From: a virus | Lineage: Duplodnaviria; Caudoviricetes | Direction: 5' to 3' (one strand) | Length of the DNA: 50,022 bases | Virus record (IMG/VR): IMGVR_UViG_3300033067_000168 | Location: 1 to 50,022 of that record | Shown: positions 12,001 to 18,320 of the stretch, piece by piece | How the letters are laid out: each line of letters begins with the position of its first letter | Numbering within the stretch: position 1 is the first letter of the stretch | Program-made: the position numbers and the translations under genes | Notes under the pieces: model-generated | The model's input: the letters and a program-made list of their open reading frames with translations, nothing else | Databases searched by the model: none | What the model was told of the DNA's origin: nothing

Positions 12001-14438
12001 GGATAAAAATCAAAGTCAGCCAAGCTATGACCGTTAGCATCAAACAAGTCAAACAATGGGGGTTGGTTTACACGAGTCTTTTGCTGTGCATGTACCCAAG
12101 TAGAACCGTCGAAATAGAAAGTTTTTCCACCATTAGTCTCACCCGAAATTACTGTAACTTGATCCAGATAAGTAATATCTTTACCGTCATCAGCTACGCT
12201 CAATGTAGCTTCCATGTTTGTTTTAAAGAAAGATACTGTTGGAATTGGGATAGTATCACCGGTTACATAGTTAATAGGAAGATCCCAGCTACCGATGATT
12301 CCGTTTGGATACAACAATGTAATACTTGTAGTAGTAGATGCTACCACTTTATGAGTCCCGTTGAATGAGTTGTTCAAGTTATTGTATACAGTGAATAACT
12401 TATTGATAGGGAACGCTGTGCTTCTTGGATCGATTTGATATGTAACTAAAGCAGAGCCGTCATCTTTAACTTCAACTGAACATGAATTAATTTCAACCGT
12501 AGCAGTTTGAATAGTGTCAGTAATTTTTACAACATAGATTTTGTTTCTTACGTTTATATCGCTGTCACCTGCAAAAATTACTCTTGCGCCGTCATACAAA
12601 TATGATGAGTCACCGTCAGGTGTGTAATTCAAACTACCACCTACGTTATTCAAACCATCAGTCTGTGTTAAGTTGATGTAAGAGACTGCACGTTTTGCAG
12701 TCACGCCGGAATTTAGAAGTCGCAAATCAGGATAGAATTCAATGATTGGGCGCTTAGCCATTGATTCAGGGTTACCTAAGGCTTTTCTTACTTCATTTGA
12801 TAATGGTGAGTGTTCTAGGACTGTTTTCAAAACGTCTGCATGGAACCAACGGTTACTACGTGACCATGCATTTTTGTTTGTTGCATTTCTAGAAATAGTG
12901 ATGTAGTCTTTGTCCTTTGGATAGAAGGCAGTGTCACCGAACGACAAGATATCATAATATTGACCATCGAACGGTGAGTCTTCAGGTTGGCTATATGATT
13001 CTGGAACTAGCATATCAGCAGTAGACACTAAGCTGATACTAGAACCTACACCTTCAACATAATATGTACCATTTTCGTATTCTTTAGGGAATACGTTTCC
13101 TGCGAATTGGACACACAAGCCGTTAGTGAATACGATATCATTAGGGCTAACATATGTTTTCTTTCCTAGAATATCATTAACGTTGATGATTGTGCTGTCG
13201 ATGTAATCTACAATTTTAATTTTGCCTAGCTTATCTTCATTGACGCCGTCACGGTAATAGAGCAAGTCTAAACTCGCAGTTAAGATAGGAATAAGAATGA
13301 TTTCACCGTATGAGTTCTTAACGAACATTCTGCCAGAATATTGATTTCCCAACTGAACGTTGATGTTTTCATTATTAGGGATAGTTGCATCTTCTTGCAA
13401 TTCCATAAAGAATCCATCTTCGGCTGAACCTACATAGTTGATTTTATAAAATTTAGTGTTTGTTTGTGTAGCTGTTTGATTTTCATAAGGTGTTTCATCG
13501 AACGCATTACCCTGAGTATCGAACATTTCAATTGCATAGTTAGGTTTACCAGGAATAGAATTAACAAACACAACTGTCTTGCCATTCAAGTCAGTGACAC
13601 CGTCAATAGACACTGACCCTGCAGGTTTATTATGAATATCATTGAAAGATAATGATGTAGCCAAGTCTACAGGATTGTAACCAGTGAATACCCAGTCATC
13701 TTGCTCTTGCGCCTGTGGAACTGTGAACTTGATTGTCCCTGTCTTTGCTCCGTTATTCTCTACACCGTAGATTTCACGCAAGCTAAGATTAGTCTTAGAC
13801 GGGTACACACCTGAAATGTCAGGCATAGTTTGTAGATAAAACGGTGTGTCTTGGTCTACAACAAAGTAATATTCACCACCACGAACTAATGTAATTTCAG
13901 GGTTATTCTCGCCAACTTTGACTGTCTTTGCACTGAAGTTATAAGCTAATGGGCTTGAATTTACTACATACACCATTCTCTTATTCAACGTAACGTTGGT
14001 AACAGTCAATGGTTCTGGACCCATAGGTAACCAGTAGTACTGGCTATAGTTTACTAGTTTATCTAAATCAACAAAACTATCCCATGAGTAGAATTGATTA
14101 CTAAACAACTTAGACTGGTTGGTAGTGTTGCTTCCAGCAATCGTCAATGCATCGATAATCTCAGGATAAGAAATTAAACTAACAGGTGTGCTAGAATCTT
14201 TCTGTTTAAAAATAACCGAAGGCTCTAGTTGGTAATTTGAACGATTTGAGTTCGGTTCAACTAAGTATGCATCGGATGAGTTAACTCCGTAACCAAATTT
14301 ACTTCCAATAAAACCCTGCACTTTAGCGAGGTTTGGCTGTTGCGTTAGTTGGTCTAACGTTGCAGATAAAAATTGTTCGTTTACTTTGGTCTTGAAGATT
14401 TCTGGCAAGAAATCAAGTGTTCTAACTCTAGTTGTCAT
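1..14438 (-). CDS. Giant virion structural protein, probable baseplate wedge component (gp7-position), partial; at least 4,812 aa
   Basis: ATG at 14438 (MTTRVRTLDFLPEIFKTKVNEQFLSATLDQ...). The same frame reads as protein at every spot checked and at the left edge (...EVFVEAYEVGN). It is absent from the ORF track, consistent with no stop inside the window. Contains FG-GAP-like and Asp-box-like repeats and lies directly downstream of the gp6-like gene. Confidence 0.85.
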   Translation of the reverse strand, partial: MTTRVRTLDFLPEIFKTKVNEQFLSATLDQLTQQPNLAKVQGFIGSKFGYGVNSSDAYLVEPNSNRSNYQLEPSVIFKQKDSSTPVSLISYPEIIDALTIAGSNTTNQSKLFSNQFYSWDSFVDLDKLVNYSQYYWLPMGPEPLTVTNVTLNKRMVYVVNSSPLAYNFSAKTVKVGENNPEITLVRGGEYYFVVDQDTPFYLQTMPDISGVYPSKTNLSLREIYGVENNGAKTGTIKFTVPQAQEQDDWVFTGYNPVDLATSLSFNDIHNKPAGSVSIDGVTDLNGKTVVFVNSIPGKPNYAIEMFDTQGNAFDETPYENQTATQTNTKFYKINYVGSAEDGFFMELQEDATIPNNENINVQLGNQYSGRMFVKNSYGEIILIPILTASLDLLYYRDGVNEDKLGKIKIVDYIDSTIINVNDILGKKTYVSPNDIVFTNGLCVQFAGNVFPKEYENGTYYVEGVGSSISLVSTADMLVPESYSQPEDSPFDGQYYDILSFGDTAFYPKDKDYITISRNATNKNAWSRSNRWFHADVLKTVLEHSPLSNEVRKALGNPESMAKRPIIEFYPDLRLLNSGVTAKRAVSYINLTQTDGLNNVGGSLNYTPDGDSSYLYDGARVIFAGDSDINVRNKIYVVKITDTIQTATVEINSCSVEVKDDGSALVTYQIDPRSTAFPINKLFTVYNNLNNSFNGTHKVVASTTTSITLLYPNGIIGSWDLPINYVTGDTIPIPTVSFFKTNMEATLSVADDGKDITYLDQVTVISGETNGGKTFYFDGSTWVHAQQKTRVNQPPLFDLFDANGHSLADFDFYPGSDFAGTTLFEYASGTGPDDVVLGFPVKYNSAENIGDILFNVSLNNSEFHYSLNNQSVTSPVSIGYVYTQKTNDSYTRLLGWVPAIEESFQYQILNFTYTGTPYSPKFTCDVKVKDQLDTKWPTLVVYVDNARVGTDSYTVSTTDNTTIITLTTVPAVGTPVTVMVYSDQTSQAGYYQIPVNLDHNPYNKPITSLSLGEVRGHYKSIFNNAPLLVGNAFGPNNYRDLGDLTPYGTRIIQNSAPLPVAASFLQNNNINFFSSLKFNSDEYVKYKNLLVSTLVNNDFDYIQTDALLLDEVIAIIAEPKTETNSFFWSDMLPARRILKSTTHKTTNKVKKASYLLTKTYDFKSANYSSVLVYLTRTVNNVISTVQLIRGIDYIVSETEAQVELQIELLPNDVILINEYDQTFGSFIPNTPTKLGLYPAFVPEVVYDDTYNTPSNFIKGHDGSLFKLYGDVVDGYLVDARDRLVLEFEKRVYNNLKISSPIPLTVGEVLPGYFRDVGLTYQQHKEIYETQFINWVGQNRIDYTTQVYISSNEYTWNYSGSTFKLSGELIEPGNWRGVYLWLYDTVSPHATPWEMLGLVNKPSWWESHYGAAPYTSDNLVMWTDISKGYVWNNGDSYINQTRIRDKLLDILPVDSNGNLVSPFTSCISLYEPGKFNSPWKTGDFGPGEYAYLKSSTWPFDMMHLLALTRPAKFFALCADVDNYYYNEEFNQYLSNDRARKQPSDMTIYGTDSTTAKHGYLNWIVDYATQFGIDGTEEITKIFSNTDVRLTYRVSGFTDKDMIRFYMENSSTTTSGAMLIPDESYSILLHNNQPTEAIVYSSIIVQKTAAGYAVYGNKQSKAYFRVFTAISGLYDQITVNSVSVNVAKTFYDRQSKVPYGTEFTTLQHLMEFIKGYGLFLASQGMIFDDIENGTELTWDQMLSEVLYWAQSGWEVGSTVNVNPSANIIKINREDAIVQSLTLQKQNFVLNQNLIPIQLNDLSIYRNGTEFSVKGLNSGDALSYFNGTISTIEHVVIFDNETVFSDLIYNPVTALRQQRLYVRGTKTAEWKGLVDTGGFLLSQDNIKDWVPNEKYAKGTVVKFKNEYYMANVTVIQPSVVFNYSDWLKTSYEMVQQRMIPNASTRSAESLYFYDKNRANLANDADLLSFSLIGYRPRDYLSGADLDDASQVNLYTEMISNKGTVSAVEGLQGINLKADTVNYTAHENWAIKNSEFGGTLNQNFVQFSVDENKLTGNPSIVSIIKNEAVVGAQQMVPLNHASNYGRTLNTENILPQLDSTASEILPSAGYVNLDDVIELGYTINDLSDAGIGAVYRNDYIWVANNKNKWDVYTPVAIDAPVTLVTNNLNGTVNITFEKPHGLLEGQSFGVINFNADINGFHSVLAVPTLSSVVVELNLSVSVTSVTGTGLAYLLQSQRVNTPRDIPNLPLMNTEYDSTKVWVDQSKDGSWSVYNKRNNYVIGQLTEGFYSESLGSAVDYIPGFGYFAGDSEYGQMHQYISLNDDGRYIKKSTITKPNTGFGAVITHTDEIMVVSAPSAELSTLYVYRLPTTQSVPVLEQTINVAGGFMGTALAVSGNSQYIYATIKDEASEAVFLFSREKELLKTSSGVLLSEGTEVYKKEFKCSGNVVSKIKEGQRITFVTSYSNVGILSADFSATQTDAFTGSRPAFKLAGDKRSVLANGDVVTFTDENVEKNRLFNIVMSSYDTVNNVTLFYVDEQPAYWENPTFSAITTGTSVYKVTFSDDAIYTVITGLYDSATNITTFYTTDEFTHSISADTEIYIASINYELTEVIAPDGIAWTYGDNYGAALATNYDGSKLFVTAPNHSYSGSLTSTGQFYAYDKLSETWEVDKDQAQGSFYVARLPWYPSISSKVYVNNKLLKTNQYVIVLNAIIIGDLKMVAGDLVRIDSDNMVLSGTFINEDVSDMYSNQQFGKAIACNTEGSEIIVGAPNAVIGSAEGAVYRFTDAGKRYGALVGTIPAALIEPTYMLINGFRVNLLNECALLSTVQSGSTSAFISIDEAALLPESGVVGFRNASTGQTENSVYVVNRTTGELEFKAYDSQGVLTSYPFSGTGTYSASNTQVLAPLGTAVNIANEINKQNITNIFAYETSGRLIIRLRDMSLAPSFNKLSISVFNGNYLTMMGFVAYPKSQTIYCPHPEHNSSFGETIAFSNENSFVVGAPTASSYVNTKFDFSDDDNVHNDTVLDNNLTVWEERYNNAGAVYMYDYIDSYDEALDNIGKYVYSQSCNATPTTDKNPRYGASLAFNNNTLIVGAPNAVSSTGKVTIYRNYTGKPNWSVHRTSDQVVNIDKINKVQLFDNLTGVTEMSLDYIDPLQGKLLGAVQSNLDYIASNDPASYNSLGATTGNLVWNSTQLGKIWFDISNVKFLNYHQDDVVYNSKHWGEVFPGSDVAVYSWVESSETPAAYTGPGIPYDLLKYSVTFVTDSTDKLIPKYYFWVRDTDILNSRYGKTLSDMSIARYIAKPRESGVAYFAPLRSNTYGLYNAGEYIYGTDTVLHIGYSTTTNDTAGHVDYKLIRTNYPADFLPGFVDVKKGYTMPVGLYEKYIDSFVGEDASGAIVPDPTLPVKMRYGVGIRPRQSMFVNRLEALKNFIHYTNKVLSQHPVMEYGNATLLSASGADFDTTLYWTPVYWWKEGFSELNRPSASVEAISDLPRIIARENMIVSVAKNNDGNREVYVYQNATWVRVGVENGTIQFLSTLWEYGSSNTGFGNGFYDTRLYDAYPAQETRYIIRAITEQLFVGPLLEHRNKSLTMMFEYIQSENIESLNNLPWLNKTSLVDINYNVRKLSQISKYTVENTELLKGYINEVKPYHVVMKEFLMSYTVDETVASTVTDFDIPAYYDTNAQRYVSPQLVFGNASNTDEFTASETIWASGNNYDWFTNFGLTFSERKVQLVSTLVNYINSSSTTLVVSNPHGLPVQGILQIDNEQIAYTRLNKVTGALSGVTRGVNQTTPASYLKGTPVYMVLSGVSVVDSGFGYVNEPEVFAYVDTSIYPEPRREAVFSAVMNNDKVVGITVIDPGEGYMVTPEIVIENSIELTASNFDVNDSTATDLIKIDTNSIYFDAAGILDTGTLVKVKNTTSSSRLVLADGYYYINNHGNSITFHNTYYHAIHKLSAVVFKTPSILAGYVITVGVCARATVNVQTSTTRGLTTTMKFDRISYDSKVTPWTPNTYWSGPFNSLDNDASSSNVSSSEDDVAVSRQGSTLPITGIEDDNGKVVVTIDYSSSSLAPGNLDGAIVYLFRVTDGIIPEILNGANGKARVEIYRPSFTGGQVLSNYTMKIIDPGSIYTDNYTIIVKGSALGGVDNVNDATIFVKWVDSTQGMYIASITGTAVPTFSKFYIKPKDDTSLYIYTEPSLTVRAKYDAFAWNGENTDLDNYGVVGSDYVYLPEPIADDYVYSHQSISLVSYAGIVWACKESNNDLTFDASKWAPVLSNDWSLSALDRIEGFYAPTAGMPPKDAQQLVSGVTYPNTVYYGNSFAPGEELPLDIILNNNEFTLNDSDIKGVIFTSDASEPTYVIVAETRKGVLVFVKNQNLTWDTVPLSATPMNITGFSYHNDTYVITTSNANSPMFVSFDAKKWITLGKETTFDTVDYDDGVYDTFTLDVVAKPFENISVANGKFFATNQGIYESTNGLTWVERYTFGDRLPTSLRKVAYLDNSVHATYVAVGYGHKIISGLGTAFPESEEVSRILLSIDGTTWELLEPSTGLYKPMSVASSDDLVVIVGKDGLVMYSYNASNWTMGTIDTTVSEDIIDVAYGNGMFMAVGTQNNSGATLVLTSTDGMSWVSHYNLELLAEEVNSIYFDGTTFNITGLNGTLVQTNNGINFDNILNIKTEDPTYVVKGHDFLYGYGPEELVAGVVSDSLNFNVKTAPGAYWNIDNVDEIWYTGMGFSMVQLNATVTDGVVDFDELVANGTGLSVFIKDVDGRMIRLYENLNAQYTDVTYNVNWHTKKIHFNAAAEGLEVFVEAYEVGN

Positions 14439-14443
14439 TATTA

Positions 14444-14451
14444 TATTTACC
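14444..14451 (-). promoter_or_regulatory. Putative gp55-type late promoter (GGTAAATA), 5 nt upstream of the ATG
   Basis: Minus strand reads GGTAAATA-TAATA-ATG; resembles the T4 late promoter TATAAATA; no Shine-Dalgarno between motif and ATG. Confidence 0.65.
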
Positions 14452-14457
14452 TATAAA

Positions 14458-17400
14458 TTATCTTGATGGTTGTAGTTCTGCAGGAGTTAGTGCAGAGATT
14501 ACAAGAATATCAGATGCTTGTGCAGCATTAACAAAAATCTCATAAGGGGCGCTGTTAATTTCATACAAGTCCCCGAATGTTAGTGACGGATCATTCGGTA
14601 CTAAAACCGCAGAATTAATCAAATCACCTAGTGTTGAGTGTAGGTATGCACTCAACTCACTGAAATAAAATTTATCACCGAAGTCCCAATTATCGATGTT
14701 GAAGTATACGTCTAACTCACGCAAAATGGCAGACTTAATTTCACTGTCGCTTGCGTTTGTTGTACTTGATTTAATCACTTTAATAGTTGCTCTAAGTTTT
14801 GATTCAGCTTTCGATCCAAACAAAGGCTTGAATCTTACACTATTTAATACCAAACTATCCGACAACATTTTATGGTCGTTTACCTTGTCGTACGCCTGTG
14901 CCAATTCACTCATTGTTGGTTTAGTAGGTTCTTGTACTGTACCAGTTGTGTCTAGTAACCAATTACGATATTGTGCATGATAGTTTTGAGTTAAGATGTA
15001 CAAATCAATGATGTTCGAAGTTGCAGGGTCAATTCTGTTAGTGTCACTTGAAATATGCTTGTATTGGAAATACAACCCTTGGCGACCAATCTTTGCAGTA
15101 AAGTTGCTGAGTAACTGTAAGTTTACTATCGTTGCAGATGTGGTGTCATTTACTGATTGATAGAATTTATCCTCAAGTACAGCATAGAAAATCTGACCGA
15201 CTGGGTACTCATACTTAACGATGCCGATATCAGCTTGTGTTCCATAGTTATAGATAACGTCAGTTGATGGTACTAATTCAATTCTAGTAAGCATGTTCAC
15301 ATCAGTTACAATTTTAAAGAACGTGAAGTGTAGAAGGTTTCTAGTATTTGATTGGTAACCTGTAATTTCATAGAAAAAGTCAGGAGTCTTATAGGTACCT
15401 GATTTGAACAAGTCCTGTGAACTTACTTCAACGCTGAAATCGTCAACGTAACCATCTGACTCAATGGTCTGACCAACAACATCTAATTTGATATCGTTTG
15501 TTAATGGGTTATTAGAGCTAAACTTTGAGTTACACTTCAATACAGTAATACTATCTTTCATTAACTTTCCAGTTATTGGATCGTACACTATCTTGTCGCG
15601 GTCAAATGCGAAACGAATATCAGAAACACTACCAAAGTAATACGCCAATGACCTGTAAGACACTACGTACTTTCCATACCCGATACCTCTGAAGCGTACA
15701 AAATACGATTGATTATCATACGTAGAGGTTGACCAACGTTCTTGGTTAGCTAACAATACATTATTAAACACCAATGTGAAATCTTGTGATAAGGTTATCT
15801 TAGTAATAATTTCTTGAATCAATTCAGTACTAAACACGTTAGTGAAAGATGGTAGTACTTGAGCTAGGATCGCTCCATCAGGGATGCTGTTAGTCAATGC
15901 GATTGGACCTGTTCCGTTAGTCAAGTTGCCCAATCCATTGTTACTACCGTCACCGGTCACAGATGCAACGCTAGTCCACATATGAGTTACATCGTTAGGT
16001 CCTGGTAAGCCAGATACTAAACGCTCATTTACAAAATACTTACCTGATGGTGCTGTGAATTTTAACATTGCTCCGGCAGTAATATACTTTGTATTGCCGG
16101 ATACGAACACGCCAATTGGCAACGGTGTGCCACTAGCATTTTGAAAATACCCAGTACTCTCGGCAGCAGTATAAGCTGTCTGATTCCAATAGGTTAAGTT
16201 TTCAGTATTTTCTGACACTGCATAACGAGTGTATGCCTGTGAATAATATTGGTAAGCTCTATTGCCATTAAGCTGACTTGCCAACGTTTCAGTTAAGAAG
16301 TTAACAATGTCATTAGTAGTCGATGCAGTGAATACTACATAACCATCGTTGATGTCCTGATACAAACCACCGTCGTCTGCAAAATCATTTGTGCTTGAGT
16401 ACTTTGCACTAGGATCAAGTAAGTCTAAGTGACGGCTTACACCGACACTACTTCTGTTAACTGCCTTAGATTTGATAATAGAACTGTACAATGTGAACGG
16501 GAAGTTGTTATAATCTTCACCGTTTACCATACGATTCTGTGTGTAAAAACGTTGAGGTGCACGTTGCTTAATGTTTGCTAATGATTCACGTGATTGTGCT
16601 GTAGCAGAAGGTACAGTTAACGCAAGAGTTAACGTTAATGTCTCGACTCTTCCTATTTTACTAACATATGGAATAGCAATAGTTGTACCTTGCATTTCAC
16701 TAGGATCAATGACGTAGCTTAACGAATTGCTAGAACGAATAAAAGCAGAGTATGAGCCTAATGGCATGTCACCGAATACACCGTCACCGAAATTATAAGT
16801 AATTTGGTCGTTGTATCTTGTAGACACGCTGAAAATGTTTTTGTTTTTGTTAGTCGCAGCGTTAGCATAAATGCTTTCAACTTGCTCCCAAGCAGTGTAT
16901 TCACCGGTAACTGGATCAAGTTTATACAACCATGTATCATCGTTGTTGATACCCTGAACATTAATATCGATGGTATTGTTAGACAATTGTGTTTCTACAT
17001 TGAAATTATAATTCTGTAGAACACCTTGCTTGAAGTACATAAAGAACCCAGTGTTAGCACTGCTGTAGCCTAATTTATCATTTCGGTACAAGATATTAAA
17101 CACATCACTGATGCCAGGTGAGAGTTCGTATAGATAATCTTTACCTATACTTGAAACGCTTACACCCTCAAAGTTCATGCTAGTTCCGTCAACAGTTGCG
17201 CTAAACGGAATTACTGGCATTGAGCCTGTAGGTAAATTGATACTGTACTCGTCAGTTTTAATTTCTAATAAGTTAGCAGAATGTCCTGGACGACCAATAC
17301 GTTGCCCATCTACAATAGCAGCGTTTAAAATTGTGTTGAATTGCTCTTGCCAATCTACGTTAGCAGGGTCATTCCATAACACCGTAACGTTGTTCAATGG

Positions 17401-17805
17401 GTAGTTGTTGATATCTTTAATTTGCTCAGATGTAGAGATAGCGACTAGCTTCAAGAATCCTTGTCCAGAGATATTGCGCTTAGGAGTATAGCCTACTAAG
17501 TTGGCTAACTTTACTACAGAGTCTCGGCGTTCTGCTGTGTCAATAAAATTTTCACGGGTATTCAAGTCATTACGGAAAGCCAATGCTTGACCCATAAATG
17601 ACATAACATCTAATAACGCAACATATTCACTGGACTCAACGTAATCGTTAAATGTTTCAGGGTAATTTGTGCGAAGGTAATCTACCATCGTTTTACGGAT
17701 TGTTTCGTAATCGTAACTTTGCAAATCTGCTTGACTATAATTTTTATAGATAGATTTCCAGTCATTTACGCCGAAAACTGATGATTGTCTTGAACTTGTA
17801 GCCAT
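14458..17805 (-). CDS. gp6: Baseplate wedge subunit, T4 gp6-like
   Basis: 1115 aa; N-terminal YDYETIRKTM...FNDY.ESSE...LLD...ENFIDTAERRDSVVKLA.LVGYTP and internal ESLANIKQRAPQRFYTQNRMVNGEDY match gp6/baseplate-J family motifs; adjacent to gp25. Confidence 0.88.
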   Translation of the reverse strand: MATSSRQSSVFGVNDWKSIYKNYSQADLQSYDYETIRKTMVDYLRTNYPETFNDYVESSEYVALLDVMSFMGQALAFRNDLNTRENFIDTAERRDSVVKLANLVGYTPKRNISGQGFLKLVAISTSEQIKDINNYPLNNVTVLWNDPANVDWQEQFNTILNAAIVDGQRIGRPGHSANLLEIKTDEYSINLPTGSMPVIPFSATVDGTSMNFEGVSVSSIGKDYLYELSPGISDVFNILYRNDKLGYSSANTGFFMYFKQGVLQNYNFNVETQLSNNTIDINVQGINNDDTWLYKLDPVTGEYTAWEQVESIYANAATNKNKNIFSVSTRYNDQITYNFGDGVFGDMPLGSYSAFIRSSNSLSYVIDPSEMQGTTIAIPYVSKIGRVETLTLTLALTVPSATAQSRESLANIKQRAPQRFYTQNRMVNGEDYNNFPFTLYSSIIKSKAVNRSSVGVSRHLDLLDPSAKYSSTNDFADDGGLYQDINDGYVVFTASTTNDIVNFLTETLASQLNGNRAYQYYSQAYTRYAVSENTENLTYWNQTAYTAAESTGYFQNASGTPLPIGVFVSGNTKYITAGAMLKFTAPSGKYFVNERLVSGLPGPNDVTHMWTSVASVTGDGSNNGLGNLTNGTGPIALTNSIPDGAILAQVLPSFTNVFSTELIQEIITKITLSQDFTLVFNNVLLANQERWSTSTYDNQSYFVRFRGIGYGKYVVSYRSLAYYFGSVSDIRFAFDRDKIVYDPITGKLMKDSITVLKCNSKFSSNNPLTNDIKLDVVGQTIESDGYVDDFSVEVSSQDLFKSGTYKTPDFFYEITGYQSNTRNLLHFTFFKIVTDVNMLTRIELVPSTDVIYNYGTQADIGIVKYEYPVGQIFYAVLEDKFYQSVNDTTSATIVNLQLLSNFTAKIGRQGLYFQYKHISSDTNRIDPATSNIIDLYILTQNYHAQYRNWLLDTTGTVQEPTKPTMSELAQAYDKVNDHKMLSDSLVLNSVRFKPLFGSKAESKLRATIKVIKSSTTNASDSEIKSAILRELDVYFNIDNWDFGDKFYFSELSAYLHSTLGDLINSAVLVPNDPSLTFGDLYEINSAPYEIFVNAAQASDILVISALTPAELQPSR

Positions 17806-17826
17806 AGATAAACGCTCTCTTTTATG

Positions 17827-17834
17827 TATTTATC
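17827..17834 (-). promoter_or_regulatory. Putative late promoter (GATAAATA) for the gp6-like gene, embedded in an inverted repeat
   Basis: TATTTATC on the + strand, 21 nt upstream of the gp6 ATG, inside CTCTTTT-A-TGTAT...ATACA-A-AAAAGAG (17817-17847). Confidence 0.65.
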
Positions 17835-17857
17835 ATACAAAAAAGAGTGGTTTTTGC

Positions 17858-18307
17858 TTATTGACTGTAGACTGTGCTAGTTTCTTGGTCGAACATTAAT
17901 TCGAGAGAGAACAGGTTATCGAAAGGATTGATAGAAATTTGAATCTCAGCAAGAATACCGTTACCCGTAGGATATGCATTTACTGAATGAAGTTGAATTC
18001 TAGGATCCAACTCTGCCATACGTTGAAGTTCTTCTTCAAGTAAAGTCTGGGTTTGTAAGTCATTTGGCTCGAAGATGAAACCCCATAAGGTAGTCCCGTA
18101 CATGGGGTTTCCTGGCTTTTGACCCTGAGGGATGTTTAGTGCGTTGATGAAATCTTGCAACACTAATTGCTCATTGGTCAATCTAAATTTCTTACCTGCA
18201 GGAGTCGGGGTGTTGAGTGACCCGGTCACTGTTGTGATCCCGCGTTGTTCTTGCGGAGTTTTCATCTTTTCCGCATATTGAGTATTAAAGCCGATATATG
18301 TTGCCAT
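17858..18307 (-). CDS. gp25: Baseplate wedge subunit, gp25-like (sheath initiator)
   Basis: 149 aa; IPQGQKPGNPMYGTTLWGFIFEP...DPRI is the GPW/gp25 pattern; lies between the gp5-like and gp6-like genes. Confidence 0.88.
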   Translation of the reverse strand: MATYIGFNTQYAEKMKTPQEQRGITTVTGSLNTPTPAGKKFRLTNEQLVLQDFINALNIPQGQKPGNPMYGTTLWGFIFEPNDLQTQTLLEEELQRMAELDPRIQLHSVNAYPTGNGILAEIQISINPFDNLFSLELMFDQETSTVYSQ

Positions 18308-18312
18308 AATGA

Positions 18313-18320
18313 TATTTATC
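18313..18320 (-). promoter_or_regulatory. Putative late promoter (GATAAATA), 5 nt upstream of the gp25 ATG
   Basis: The whole 13-nt intergenic gap reads GATAAATA-TCATT then ATG on the minus strand. Confidence 0.7.

Noticed and set aside
55-12368. Short ORFs of 61-113 aa listed in the track across the first 12 kb
   Set aside because: All lie within the giant minus-strand gene, antisense or out of frame, and have non-protein-like composition.
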